This document shows positions 26,637 to 36,184 of a stretch of DNA of 51,190 nt, in pieces; positions within the stretch are counted from its first letter, which is position 1, and every line of letters begins with the position of its first letter. Source of the DNA: a virus (taxonomy: Duplodnaviria > Caudoviricetes); the IMG/VR virus record IMGVR_UViG_3300017678_000009, positions 1-51,190 of that record. One strand, written 5' to 3'. Made by a program: the position numbers and the translations under genes. A model generated the notes under the pieces. That model saw nothing but the letters and a program-made list of their open reading frames with translations. It was not told where the DNA came from and ran no database searches.

Positions 26637-28104
26637 TCTCTTCAAACGCCTGTCGCAACTCGTCATCGGTGGGGGCACGACCAAGCTGGGTGGTCAACTC
26701 CGCTTCGAGCTGAGCACCAAAGTCGTCCATCGACATGCCCTTCTCCGCCGCGCTCTGGAGATCGACACGCGCTCCGGAGTTCCTCGCGCGAGCCCCCGAG
26801 TACACGGCGAGCAGTTGCGTTTGCAAGCTCTTGATCTGTTCTTCCGTTGACTGGAGTTCCGCGGCATCCTGTTCAACCTGGTCGGCGTCATCGTCGCGGA
26901 ATCGGAACATGCCCTCACCGCTCACCGAGTTCTTGACGCCGTAGGTCGCGGGATCGATCTTGCCTTTGAGTCGCTTCGAGAGATCATCGCGGCGATCAAT
27001 CAGCACGCTCAGCGCGCTCCGCAGATCCTTCTTGTCCTGTTCGACCGACTTGCCTTGTGACTCGGTGGCTGCCTTCAGATACCCCGACTCCTGGAGCAAG
27101 CCGAGCTGATCGGGGTTGACGTCTTCGCCATTCTCGAATGCGGCGATGGCATAGCCCAGCTCCGCACGCCGATCCTGGACGGCCGCCTGCTTGGCTTCCG
27201 CTTCCATCACCTTGGCGGTGCGATCAAACAGCGTTTCGACGTACTCGCGGCTGAACTGCATCTGGTAGGCGAAGCGCGGATCATCCGGCGTCACACCCAT
27301 CGCGAGCAGCATGTCTTCTTTCGCCTGCTGATCCTCAGCCGCACGCCGCTGGCGATCCGCAAACGGACGAAGTTCATCATCAATCGGAATGCCCAGGGCG
27401 TCGGCCTCGTCGATCACTTCTTCCGCGAACTGCAAGGCGTTCTGCTTGGTGAGGTCGGCAATGGTCAGTTGCAGCTCGGTGATGCGTTTCTGCGCGAGCT
27501 TCTTGTCCTTCCCGACCATGAGCGACACGAGTTGTGGGCTCACCTTGCCGACAGCTTCGGGAAACTCGGCGAAGAACTCATCGACCAGCTCGGGCCGTTG
27601 GATACCGCGGATGCCACTGCGGATCACACTGGAAGCCTTTGCCTGCTTCTCGGCAAGCTCTCCAGGCTGTTGAGCAATCGCCGCAAGCTCCGCGGTCGTG
27701 CCTGCCAACGACACATCCTCTTCCGGCCGCATGAGGAAGTCCAACGCCGCCCGGTTGTACTTCTTGGTCTGTGCCTGCGTGAGTAGGTTGTCCACGCGAG
27801 CGCGCTGCATGTCTTCGACCTGCTGTTGCAGCATCGACAGGTTCGTCTCCGCCGTCTCCATCTGCACGTCGTCATACAGCGAGTCAAACGCCGCCTTCTC
27901 ATCCGCCCGCTTGTCCAGGACAGCACGCCGGCCCGTGAGGTACTGGTACTCGTTGTCATCGCGAGCATCCGTCACCGCACGCCGCTCGCGCACGTACTTC
28001 AGCTCTTCGTCCTGGATGCTGTTCTGACGCACGCGAGCAGCGGCCGCTGTGCCGCGATCAAGGCCCGCAAAGAAGTAGTCGGTGGTTCGGTTGACTCGGC
28101 TCAT
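26620..28104 (-). CDS. Putative internal virion/ejection protein
   Basis: GAGGA SD; helical, Q/A/E-rich; upstream of the giant ejection protein. Confidence 0.65.
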   Translation of the reverse strand: MSRVNRTTDYFFAGLDRGTAAAARVRQNSIQDEELKYVRERRAVTDARDDNEYQYLTGRRAVLDKRADEKAAFDSLYDDVQMETAETNLSMLQQQVEDMQRARVDNLLTQAQTKKYNRAALDFLMRPEEDVSLAGTTAELAAIAQQPGELAEKQAKASSVIRSGIRGIQRPELVDEFFAEFPEAVGKVSPQLVSLMVGKDKKLAQKRITELQLTIADLTKQNALQFAEEVIDEADALGIPIDDELRPFADRQRRAAEDQQAKEDMLLAMGVTPDDPRFAYQMQFSREYVETLFDRTAKVMEAEAKQAAVQDRRAELGYAIAAFENGEDVNPDQLGLLQESGYLKAATESQGKSVEQDKKDLRSALSVLIDRRDDLSKRLKGKIDPATYGVKNSVSGEGMFRFRDDDADQVEQDAAELQSTEEQIKSLQTQLLAVYSGARARNSGARVDLQSAAEKGMSMDDFGAQLEAELTTQLGRAPTDDELRQAFEEITAGG

Positions 28105-28196
28105 GGTTTCCTCATCTCAATTTGGTGGGGGCGTGGCCCGAACGCGGGGGCTATTCGGGCACACGCTTCCCACTGGGGCCACATGCCCCGAGCGTC

Positions 28197-29960
28197 TTAT
28201 GAATTGGCACCGATCTCCGCCGCGATGCCATCGGGGCGGTACTGACTACCCCACACGCCACGCGGGCGCGTGATGAGGCGGTTGGTGATGGCGGCCTTGT
28301 CGAATGTGAGTGTGGAACCAAAGACGTTGTTGATCTCGTTCCACACGCCCACTGGTTCCGTTGGCGGAATGCCGCCGCGCATAATGGGTGTCACACCGCC
28401 ATACACGCGGTTGTACCGCAGGTTGCCACCGTTGCCGCGCTGAATCGCGATACCAACATCCGCGAGGAACGGCTCGTTGTCGTCGCCTTCGCCGATGGGG
28501 TTCACGATCCAGTTGTAATCGAAGTCACCGCTGATCCCAACCAATCCCGCTTCCGCGTGCCCCAGGCCCAGCCCGTTGCCAGCACCGATGATGAGGTTCC
28601 GCAGCACTTCGAACCGGCCGCCGCGGCATTGCCAGCCGGCGTTCCCCGGATCGATGACGATGGAGTCCACCAGCCGCCGCAAGCTGTCTTGGGCATCTGC
28701 CACCCAGTACCCGCCGTGGCTGAATCGATCGCGGTTGCCGACGTTGTTGAACACGCACTCATCGACTTCCGCGAAGTTGACGCCGCTGAACATGGTTCCG
28801 TGGCAGTGCGCGCCCGCGCGGATGTTGTCCACGATGCAGCGCCGCAGCTTGATCGACGTGACGCGGGTGATCGTCGTCGAGTTCTGCCCCTGTGCGGCCG
28901 GACCTTGGCGGAAGTTGCGCCACACGCAGTCTTCCCACACGCACGGCTGGGCATCGCCGATCATCGTCACGCTCTCACTGGTCCCCAGCCCGCCCACGAA
29001 CTGACCGACAAACTCGATGCCTTGCACGAAGTAGTGTCCCGTGCCACCCTGCACGTTCATCCCAGGCACGTTCTGAGGCACCTGGACGATCGGACGCGGG
29101 CCTTCCCCGTACACCCCGATGAGCACGGGCGTGGCCGCCGTGCCGCCCACCATGACCCCTTGGCGCGCTGATGTGGTGCGGAATGCCGCGTTGGGGAACG
29201 TCGTGCCTGCTTTGAGCAGGATGATCCCGCCCGCTTGGCTGGGGACGTTGGCGTTGGGATTCGGCCACATGAGCCGCGTGAGAGCCTCCATCGGCGTCGC
29301 GAGAGCTTGCCCGTCGCTCAGGCCCGTGTTCAGGTCGTTGCCATCTGGCCGCACGTAGAGCTTGCGGACGCCCTGCCACTCTTGGAAAACGGTGAAGGGC
29401 GTGAACGCCGGCCCGCCGCCGCCTTGGATGCCGCCGCCCACCGGCACGCGATCGCCCACGGCGCCGAGCGTGATTCGCCCCGTCTTGGTGCCGATGTTGA
29501 CCACGGTGACGCTGTAGAGACGGCCCCACACACCGTTTCCGTCTGCGATACCGGGGACGATCCCTGACAACTCGGCGTACTTGCTCAGCGTGGGGTGAAG
29601 CAAGTTGTCTTGCGTCCCCAGCACCATCGCGGCATGTGGCATCAGCACATCGGGGTAGGTGCGTCGCGTGGTGCCTGACGGGCGCAGATTGGTCGCGCTG
29701 ACCGGCGTGTCATAGTTCTTGTACACCAGCATCGGCTCTTCGGCCGTCATCATCAGGGCGTGGAAGCCGTTGTTGCGTTCCCAGAGCCACACCTGCACCG
29801 CTCCACCCACGGGAACATCCACGGGCCTGGGGTTTTCGACGTAATCGCCCGTGATCTCGATTCGCTTGATGTTCCGGTTGATGTTGCCGAAACGAAACGG
29901 GTCACGGCCGGTGGTTGATGCCATGATCGCCAAGCCGAAGAAGCGTTTTGCAGTGGACAT
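28197..29960 (-). CDS. Right-handed beta-helix protein (tailspike/depolymerase candidate)
   Basis: LYVRPDGNDLNTG...ALATP, ILLKAG.TF, GVYGEGPRP, repeated N/G ladders. Confidence 0.75.
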   Translation of the reverse strand: MSTAKRFFGLAIMASTTGRDPFRFGNINRNIKRIEITGDYVENPRPVDVPVGGAVQVWLWERNNGFHALMMTAEEPMLVYKNYDTPVSATNLRPSGTTRRTYPDVLMPHAAMVLGTQDNLLHPTLSKYAELSGIVPGIADGNGVWGRLYSVTVVNIGTKTGRITLGAVGDRVPVGGGIQGGGGPAFTPFTVFQEWQGVRKLYVRPDGNDLNTGLSDGQALATPMEALTRLMWPNPNANVPSQAGGIILLKAGTTFPNAAFRTTSARQGVMVGGTAATPVLIGVYGEGPRPIVQVPQNVPGMNVQGGTGHYFVQGIEFVGQFVGGLGTSESVTMIGDAQPCVWEDCVWRNFRQGPAAQGQNSTTITRVTSIKLRRCIVDNIRAGAHCHGTMFSGVNFAEVDECVFNNVGNRDRFSHGGYWVADAQDSLRRLVDSIVIDPGNAGWQCRGGRFEVLRNLIIGAGNGLGLGHAEAGLVGISGDFDYNWIVNPIGEGDDNEPFLADVGIAIQRGNGGNLRYNRVYGGVTPIMRGGIPPTEPVGVWNEINNVFGSTLTFDKAAITNRLITRPRGVWGSQYRPDGIAAEIGANS

Positions 29961-30003
29961 GCGAAACTCCTGGGGAGGGGGCGGAGAGTGGGGGGCGATG
30001 GCA

Positions 30004-31260
30004 TCAGCCCATCAACTGAGCTCTGGCAAGCTGCATCGTGATGGACGCATCCTGTTGGGGGTTGCCTGTCGTCATCTGCTGGGGCTTCGTGTCGTACAAC
30101 CGCTCCAAAGCCTTGTCCATGAACGCGCCTTGCATGATGCCGCTTTGAGCACTCAGCACGTTGCCCAGCGCGCCCGTCATGGCGCCGGCTGACGGAGTGG
30201 GAGGCACGTACATCGCGTAGTTGACGTTGCCCTTGGCGGTGTTGATGGGTGATGTTTCCAGCCGCTCGCGCAAGAGCAGCGGATCGCGTTCGAGGTTGTA
30301 CAACTGGTCGCTGAATCCCGACGCGAGTGACGCCCGCTGGTTGGCACGGGTCAGATTGGCGTTCACTCGGCCCTGTTCCAACGACGTGCGAAGTCCGAAA
30401 CGCCGATCCGCGTTGGCGTCCTTGCGGTCCTGGGCGTCGCGCGTCACGAATCGCGTGTTCGTTGCCATCTGCCGACCGAACTTGCTCGAGCGCAGCATCC
30501 CCTGCCGACCGAGGGCCGCGCTCGTGCGGCGATTGAGCTGGGTGAGTGACTCGTTGGTGTCACGATCAATGCGGGCGTCCTCTGTGCGGCCGTAGTCGTC
30601 CACGCTCGACACCAGCTCGCCCATTTCCCGCTCGCCACGTCGCGTCGCGTCGTCGAAGCCGGCCAGAATCCCCTCGCCGCGTGCCCGCGTGCTGTCGCCC
30701 AGCCGCTTGTACCCGGCAAGCAGGCCCTCGCGGCCGCTCGTGAAGCGGCTCTTGCTGAACGTGCCCTCTGTGCCTGGATCGCCTTCGGCATAGTCCAAGA
30801 GCTGTTGGCGACGTTCTTCGAGAGCCTTGAGTCGGTTGTTAGGCGCAAGCGGACGCGAGACGCCCGTCGTGCCGCCGCCCAGCAAGCGGCTTCGGGGTGA
30901 TCTCCTTGCTGCCGCAATCTCCGCTTCGATCTCGCGCAGCTCTTGCGCCTGCTCATTCGTGAAACCTGCCGCGCGAGGCGCACGGCCAAAGGCCTTCTCG
31001 TAATCCTCGCGCGAGAGCGAATCGGACAGGAACTGCCGCCCTTGTTCCGTCTCGCCGTAGAGCAGCGATGCCAGGTTGCCGCGGTTCTCCAGGATGCCCG
31101 CCTGCTCGAGCGCAGCGGCCCGTTCGAGCTGTGCGGCTTGCTGCTGAGCTGCCTTCTTCTGAGCATTACCACCGAGAAGCCCGCCCAACAGACTGCCGCC
31201 GACGCCAATCAGCGCAGCCGTCGTAATGGGTTCGATGTCTCGCAAGATGTACGGTTCCAT
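30004..31260 (-). CDS. DNA pilot/ejection protein (P22 gp7-like position)
   Basis: N-terminal AALIGVGGSLLGGLLGG..QKKAAQQQAA glycine-rich hydrophobic segment then coiled coil. Confidence 0.7.
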   Translation of the reverse strand: MEPYILRDIEPITTAALIGVGGSLLGGLLGGNAQKKAAQQQAAQLERAAALEQAGILENRGNLASLLYGETEQGRQFLSDSLSREDYEKAFGRAPRAAGFTNEQAQELREIEAEIAAARRSPRSRLLGGGTTGVSRPLAPNNRLKALEERRQQLLDYAEGDPGTEGTFSKSRFTSGREGLLAGYKRLGDSTRARGEGILAGFDDATRRGEREMGELVSSVDDYGRTEDARIDRDTNESLTQLNRRTSAALGRQGMLRSSKFGRQMATNTRFVTRDAQDRKDANADRRFGLRTSLEQGRVNANLTRANQRASLASGFSDQLYNLERDPLLLRERLETSPINTAKGNVNYAMYVPPTPSAGAMTGALGNVLSAQSGIMQGAFMDKALERLYDTKPQQMTTGNPQQDASITMQLARAQLMG

Positions 31261-31269
31261 GAAGGCCTC

Positions 31270-31686
31270 CTACCACGTGACCGTGGCTGACTCGCATTGC
31301 AACACAACAGCGTGCAGCGTCCTCATGCCCGCCGTCGCCTGTGAAATGGTGAACGTGACGACACCCTCGTCGTCGGTGATGAGCAGCATCGCTCCATGTG
31401 GGTTGGCAGTGATCAGATCGGCAACCCGCACACCAGCCGTCACGGTGACGCTGTGCGACGTGGAGACGGCCGCGCCGTTGAGCACGACCAGCGCGACCAT
31501 GAATCGGTGGGCCGCACGCACGCCGTTGCGGTTGACGACTTCGAGCCGCCCGTTGCGAGTGGTTCCACTGCCTGTGACGGTGACAACCGCCCGTGCGGGG
31601 AGCTGGTCGAACTTGCTGGCAACCTGCGCGATCCACTCGGCGAGCGACTCGGGCGCGTTGACGACTTTGGGGAGTGTGGCTCTCAC
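31270..31686 (-). CDS. Hypothetical virion protein
   Basis: GGAGG SD, GTGA coupling, beta-rich. Confidence 0.6.
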   Translation of the reverse strand: MRATLPKVVNAPESLAEWIAQVASKFDQLPARAVVTVTGSGTTRNGRLEVVNRNGVRAAHRFMVALVVLNGAAVSTSHSVTVTAGVRVADLITANPHGAMLLITDDEGVVTFTISQATAGMRTLHAVVLQCESATVTW

Positions 31687-33788
31687 AACACCTCCCGATC
31701 CACGTCATCAATGCCCGGACCGGCTTCCTTCAGGTCGGTGGATGCTGGCACCTGCGTCGGCGGGATCTGCTCGTCGCCATCGGTGGGAACCGTGCCCTCT
31801 TGGCCGAACGTGCTCTGTGTCGCGCCAGATCCGGCGCCGGGGCCTGGTCCCGTGCCCGATCCGGGGCCTGTGCCTGGTCCTGTACCTGGCCCGGTGCCTG
31901 GATTGACACCAGGCCCCTGATCATCAAAGGGATTGGGGAAGACCGGACCTGGACCGATTGCACCAGAACCGTTGTTGTCAGAACCGCCGCCCGCGATCTG
32001 TGCCGGCGGGGGAGGCGTCATCATCGTGCCGAAGGAAAGCTGTGTGGGCGGACGCAGATCGACGCTCGCCTCAACGTACTCCAGCGAGTAGGAACCCAGC
32101 GGATCAGCTCGCGAGAGCTCCACGAGCAGCACCGGGGCCGTCTTGTTGGGCCAAAGGGGCGGCATCCCGCGTTCCCAGCGTTCTTCGAACACCAGCTCCC
32201 GCTTGTCAGCTCGGTAGATCGATTCGGCATCGCCGGCCGCGTACACCCGCACGCGCAGTTCGCTTGTGGTGTTCACGCTCGTAAGCAGGTTGAGCCACTG
32301 AAGCGAGACATCCATCGTCGCCCCGTCCGCATCGATGCGGGACAGGACCAGGCGATCATCAATCGCTTGCCCCTGATCGGCCGTCGTGCCGTTCTCGAAA
32401 CTGCGCAAGTAACCGTCTTCCCACCCGATCACCAGCTTGCCGCGCACCACCGCCGCACACGTCGGCACCCAACCGGCCGGATAGGTGTCCTCTAGGAACC
32501 GGCCCGAGACTTCATCGAACACGACATGCACCGCCTCACCCGGACGCAGGATGTAGATGGTCTGCGTCTGAGGATCTCGCCCCAGGATCACGCGCGGCAT
32601 TGCCGGTGCGTCGGCGCTGGGCTGCAAGTACGTGCGGAGCGTCGCCGCGGACACATTGACCAAGCCCGCCTCGTTGATGCGGATGAGGCCTGCGATGGTG
32701 TGAGCCATCACCGTGCCGTCACTGAGCGCCAGCACAGCCTGGCTGCCTGAAGGGCCGGCGTCCACGGGCCGCGTGGTGACGTTCACGTCGTAGGTGATGT
32801 TGTCGCCGGTCAGAATCGCAAACGAATAGGCGAGCCCCACGATGTACGTGCCGGCGGTGTTGCGCGTGACCGAGACGATGGGCTGTTCAAAGTCGAAGGA
32901 GTCTGAGGCCCCATCGAACGGGCTCGTGTCATCCCAATCGGTCGGCTCATCAATCGCCGAACCGTGCCACGTGCGTTTGGCAACCAGCGCGAGACGCCGA
33001 TCCCAGGCGAACACGAGCGAGGCCTTCGTCGTCGAAGCGTTCCCTTCGGGAAACTCGCCCGCACTGGCCGTCACGCGCATGGCGGTACGGGCGATGAGGT
33101 CGTACTCCCACAATTCGTTCTGGCCCAGGGCGTACACCTTCCCGTCAAAGACGGTGTGAGCGACGATGCCATTGGGGCTGAGCACGGCGCCGCCCACGGC
33201 CGTCCAAACACCAAAGCCGGGGCCGCCCGCGAAGTCGGCGTACATCTGACCCCGCGAGAAGGTGTACACGATGTTCTCGATGGTCTGAGGCGTCACCGTG
33301 AAGTCATCAATGCGAACCGGCCCGGCGACGGCGCCATCCTTGTCGCTCTCCAGCCCCCAATCGCTGTATTCATCAAAGCGGGGATCGATGGAGTTGGTGT
33401 ACGTGACGGTGACATCTGCAACACCCGTGCGCCGAAGCGTTGCGGTGATGACGGGAGGGCGGTAGGTGACAAAGAGTGTGCATGGCACCGCCACCGAGCC
33501 TGGCACCGTCGCCGTGCGGCCGGCGTCAAGTGCTTCTTCCACGCCGTACTCAACGCGCCGGATGCTCAGCTTGATCGTGCCACCGTCGTCATAGAGCCCC
33601 GCGCCCCAGCCGCTCTTGCCGTCGCCGGAGCGCAAGAACGCCAATCGCACGCACTTATCCGCCCGGTTGATCGGGATCGGTGCATCAAACGCCGGCGGCA
33701 TCGTCTCAAACTCTTCGATGAACGCCACATAGGACCGTCCCGCTCCGGTCCACGTGCAGACGCCATCGGATGTCATGTTGCCAGCCAT
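31683..33788 (-). CDS. Tail hub/nozzle-like beta-propeller protein (P22 gp10/T7 gp12-like) with G/P/T tail
   Basis: RRLALV..RTWHGSAIDEPTDWD, GPSGSQAV; GPGT repeats near C-terminus. Confidence 0.6.
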   Translation of the reverse strand: MAGNMTSDGVCTWTGAGRSYVAFIEEFETMPPAFDAPIPINRADKCVRLAFLRSGDGKSGWGAGLYDDGGTIKLSIRRVEYGVEEALDAGRTATVPGSVAVPCTLFVTYRPPVITATLRRTGVADVTVTYTNSIDPRFDEYSDWGLESDKDGAVAGPVRIDDFTVTPQTIENIVYTFSRGQMYADFAGGPGFGVWTAVGGAVLSPNGIVAHTVFDGKVYALGQNELWEYDLIARTAMRVTASAGEFPEGNASTTKASLVFAWDRRLALVAKRTWHGSAIDEPTDWDDTSPFDGASDSFDFEQPIVSVTRNTAGTYIVGLAYSFAILTGDNITYDVNVTTRPVDAGPSGSQAVLALSDGTVMAHTIAGLIRINEAGLVNVSAATLRTYLQPSADAPAMPRVILGRDPQTQTIYILRPGEAVHVVFDEVSGRFLEDTYPAGWVPTCAAVVRGKLVIGWEDGYLRSFENGTTADQGQAIDDRLVLSRIDADGATMDVSLQWLNLLTSVNTTSELRVRVYAAGDAESIYRADKRELVFEERWERGMPPLWPNKTAPVLLVELSRADPLGSYSLEYVEASVDLRPPTQLSFGTMMTPPPPAQIAGGGSDNNGSGAIGPGPVFPNPFDDQGPGVNPGTGPGTGPGTGPGSGTGPGPGAGSGATQSTFGQEGTVPTDGDEQIPPTQVPASTDLKEAGPGIDDVDREVL

Positions 33789-35044
33789 TACGCCCCCCTC
33801 AACGTCAAGATGCGGGCGGTAGCGGAGTTGCGTCCCATGCGACTCGTTGCGGCGCCCGCGACCTGCTGAATCAGGTCGAGGGCTTCGTCATACAGAGCAG
33901 CATCACTGGACCCATCGGCCGTCCAGACAAGGAACGTCTCATCACCGAAGAGGCGGTTGCGCTCCTGTAGCACCGCCGCACAAGCGGCTTGGGTAGGCTG
34001 GAAGCTCCCGCCCTGGTTCGCCGACGTTGGCGAGCACCACGAAAAGACAGGCTTGTTGTCGGTGCGCGACGCGATCGCGCGGCGGTTGGCGGTGTGGAAG
34101 CGGACGAAGTAGGCGTCGTTGGTTTCGCCTGGTGCGACATTCGTCGCGTGATAGGACTGAGCCATGTTGGGGGCGTACAGCACATCAGAGTGCGCGTCCG
34201 TGTGCATCACGTTGGCGTGTTGCAACGCCCATCCCGCCCAATACTCGCGAACCGGATTGCCCGCCGTGCCCAGGGCAGTCGCGTAGTTGCTGTAGGTGAG
34301 GGACGGCCACTGCGTCCGAAACCCATCGCGGATCGCGTCGGCGCCCACCCAGCCAAAGTTGTCGTAGTGCCCCCACAACCACGCAAGGAATGTCCGGTTG
34401 ATCGTGCTGTATCGCTGTCCCGCGGTGTCAATGGCGATGCCGGCCGCGATCCGAGCGGAGTTGACCTGAGCGAGCGTGACGCCAGGCACGTAAGGCTCCG
34501 TCGCGGCGCGGGCGTCATTGACGCTTGGCTCGAAGATGCCGCGATTCTCGCCCGTCTCCCATGCTTCGATCCATGCGGGGCCGACCCTGGCACCGGGCCG
34601 CTCCTCGCGGTCATCGGCGTAATGATCGATCTTGATGCCCTTGGACGTGAACAGCGTCGCGAGTTGTGCGGCCAAGCCAGTGACGAATGTCTTGGTAGCG
34701 GCCCGACCGTTCGCAGTGAACATGCTGGCAGCCGATGGCGTCGGGGTGTGCGGAGTCGGATTGGTGAGAGCGTCAGCTCCGGCGCTCATGATGCCCACGG
34801 GCCCGAGCACCGCGTTCTGGAAGTTTCCGGCGATGCCAAGGTTCTGCACGTACAGCATGTGCGGCCGATCGGCCGGGAGACTTGGCCGAGCGTTGATCCA
34901 TGTTTCGTACTTCGATCGCATCGTCAACGCGGTATCGCTTCCGCTCATGATTGCAGAACGCCCCACGAGCGCGCACACATCAGTCCGCCGGGTGATCGGA
35001 TGCGGAAACGTCGGCCAGTTCCATAGCACAAATCGCATAGGCAC
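33788..35044 (-). CDS. Hypothetical protein, possibly TIM-barrel glycoside hydrolase-like
   Basis: Alternating alpha/beta pattern with YADDREE, YSNY, SDVLY, PVFSW and FLVW segments; no firm family call. Confidence 0.5.
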   Translation of the reverse strand: MPMRFVLWNWPTFPHPITRRTDVCALVGRSAIMSGSDTALTMRSKYETWINARPSLPADRPHMLYVQNLGIAGNFQNAVLGPVGIMSAGADALTNPTPHTPTPSAASMFTANGRAATKTFVTGLAAQLATLFTSKGIKIDHYADDREERPGARVGPAWIEAWETGENRGIFEPSVNDARAATEPYVPGVTLAQVNSARIAAGIAIDTAGQRYSTINRTFLAWLWGHYDNFGWVGADAIRDGFRTQWPSLTYSNYATALGTAGNPVREYWAGWALQHANVMHTDAHSDVLYAPNMAQSYHATNVAPGETNDAYFVRFHTANRRAIASRTDNKPVFSWCSPTSANQGGSFQPTQAACAAVLQERNRLFGDETFLVWTADGSSDAALYDEALDLIQQVAGAATSRMGRNSATARILTLRGA

Positions 35045-35523
35045 TATCGCCCCCCTTCACGCGCCTCGCGCATTTCCCGCGCCACTTGGCGCAGTTCGGT
35101 GACGATCTCGCGAAGTCCCTCCACCGATTCGTGGAACGAGCGTTGGCCTTGGGCGTTGGCCGTGCTGATCTCCAGCATCTTGCCTGCCAGCTCCACTTGC
35201 TTCTCCGTCATCCGCTCTTGGCTCTCGGTGATGCGTTCGGCCCCCTCAATCACCTTCAGATACGCCTGTGCGGCCCCGCTTTGGGCCTGGTTGATGCTCA
35301 GGATGCCCGTCAGCAGTTGATTGCCGACGTTCTTCCAGAGCAGAATCGCCAGCAGCACAAACACGACGGCGCCGATGAGCAGAATGGACTCTTTGGCAAA
35401 CGACCAGAGTGATGCGTCCGATGGCGGCGAAGACGGCGCGTCGGCTGCATGGGCGTGCATTGCCCACATCGACAACGCGGCCGACGCGAGCAAGCTGAAC
35501 GCGATCATGGGGCGACGGAACAT
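35044..35523 (-). CDS. Membrane protein with signal peptide, TM and coiled coil (holin/spanin-like candidate)
   Basis: AAGGAG SD; AHA-A cleavage-like site; ILLIGAVVFVLLAILLW TM; C-terminal heptads. Confidence 0.65.
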   Translation of the reverse strand: MFRRPMIAFSLLASAALSMWAMHAHAADAPSSPPSDASLWSFAKESILLIGAVVFVLLAILLWKNVGNQLLTGILSINQAQSGAAQAYLKVIEGAERITESQERMTEKQVELAGKMLEISTANAQGQRSFHESVEGLREIVTELRQVAREMREAREGGR

Positions 35524-35551
35524 CACAAACTCCTTGAAACCCCGCTGGGGC

Positions 35552-36184
35552 TTACTCAGCAACAGCGGGTTCGAGCGTGTCGGGAAGAACAAACGGCGAT
35601 GCGGGCGGCGCCGCACGGGGAATGGGGGGAATGCCAACCAAAGCCTCGAGCGCAGTTGCGAACACGGGAGCGAGCGAGCTGGCAATCTCGCCGCCCGTCC
35701 TGAGCTGCTCGATGCCGAGTTGCACCTGTGCCGGCGGCAACAGCTTCAGGTAATCCACCGCAGCCTTCTGTGCTTCTGTGAACGCGAGCAGGGGTTGGCT
35801 TGCACTGGTGTTGAAGCCCTGGATGTCGGCAACCAGGTTGCCAGTCTCCACGTCGTAGAAGGTCGCACGCTCGGCGCCGAAGTCCGTGCCCGAGCTGAGC
35901 GCCACCTTGCCCTTCGTCCACACGAAGTTGCGCTGCACCATGCCCGACTGGAACGTCTGTATGGCAGTGTCGTTGATCTCGGTGAACTGCGAAGGCCCCA
36001 CACCATCCGCGGTCCATTGCCCCTCTGCGTCGGTCAGGGCAAGCTTGTTGGGCGAGCCAGCTTCCGATTCGACGCCCTGGGCGTTCTGCTTGAACCGGCT
36101 GCCAATGCTTTGGCAGCCCGTGGCAATGAGCGACGAGCAGAGCGAGAGGGCGACAGACGCGACGAGAAACAGCTTCCTGGTCAT
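35552..36184 (-). CDS. Putative lipoprotein
   Basis: MTRK, hydrophobic core and IATG-C lipobox. Confidence 0.7.
   Translation of the reverse strand: MTRKLFLVASVALSLCSSLIATGCQSIGSRFKQNAQGVESEAGSPNKLALTDAEGQWTADGVGPSQFTEINDTAIQTFQSGMVQRNFVWTKGKVALSSGTDFGAERATFYDVETGNLVADIQGFNTSASQPLLAFTEAQKAAVDYLKLLPPAQVQLGIEQLRTGGEIASSLAPVFATALEALVGIPPIPRAAPPASPFVLPDTLEPAVAE

Noticed and set aside
31830-31920. GPGT/GPGS repeats as collagen or a contingency locus
   Set aside because: Period four, degenerate at DNA level; ordinary flexible linker
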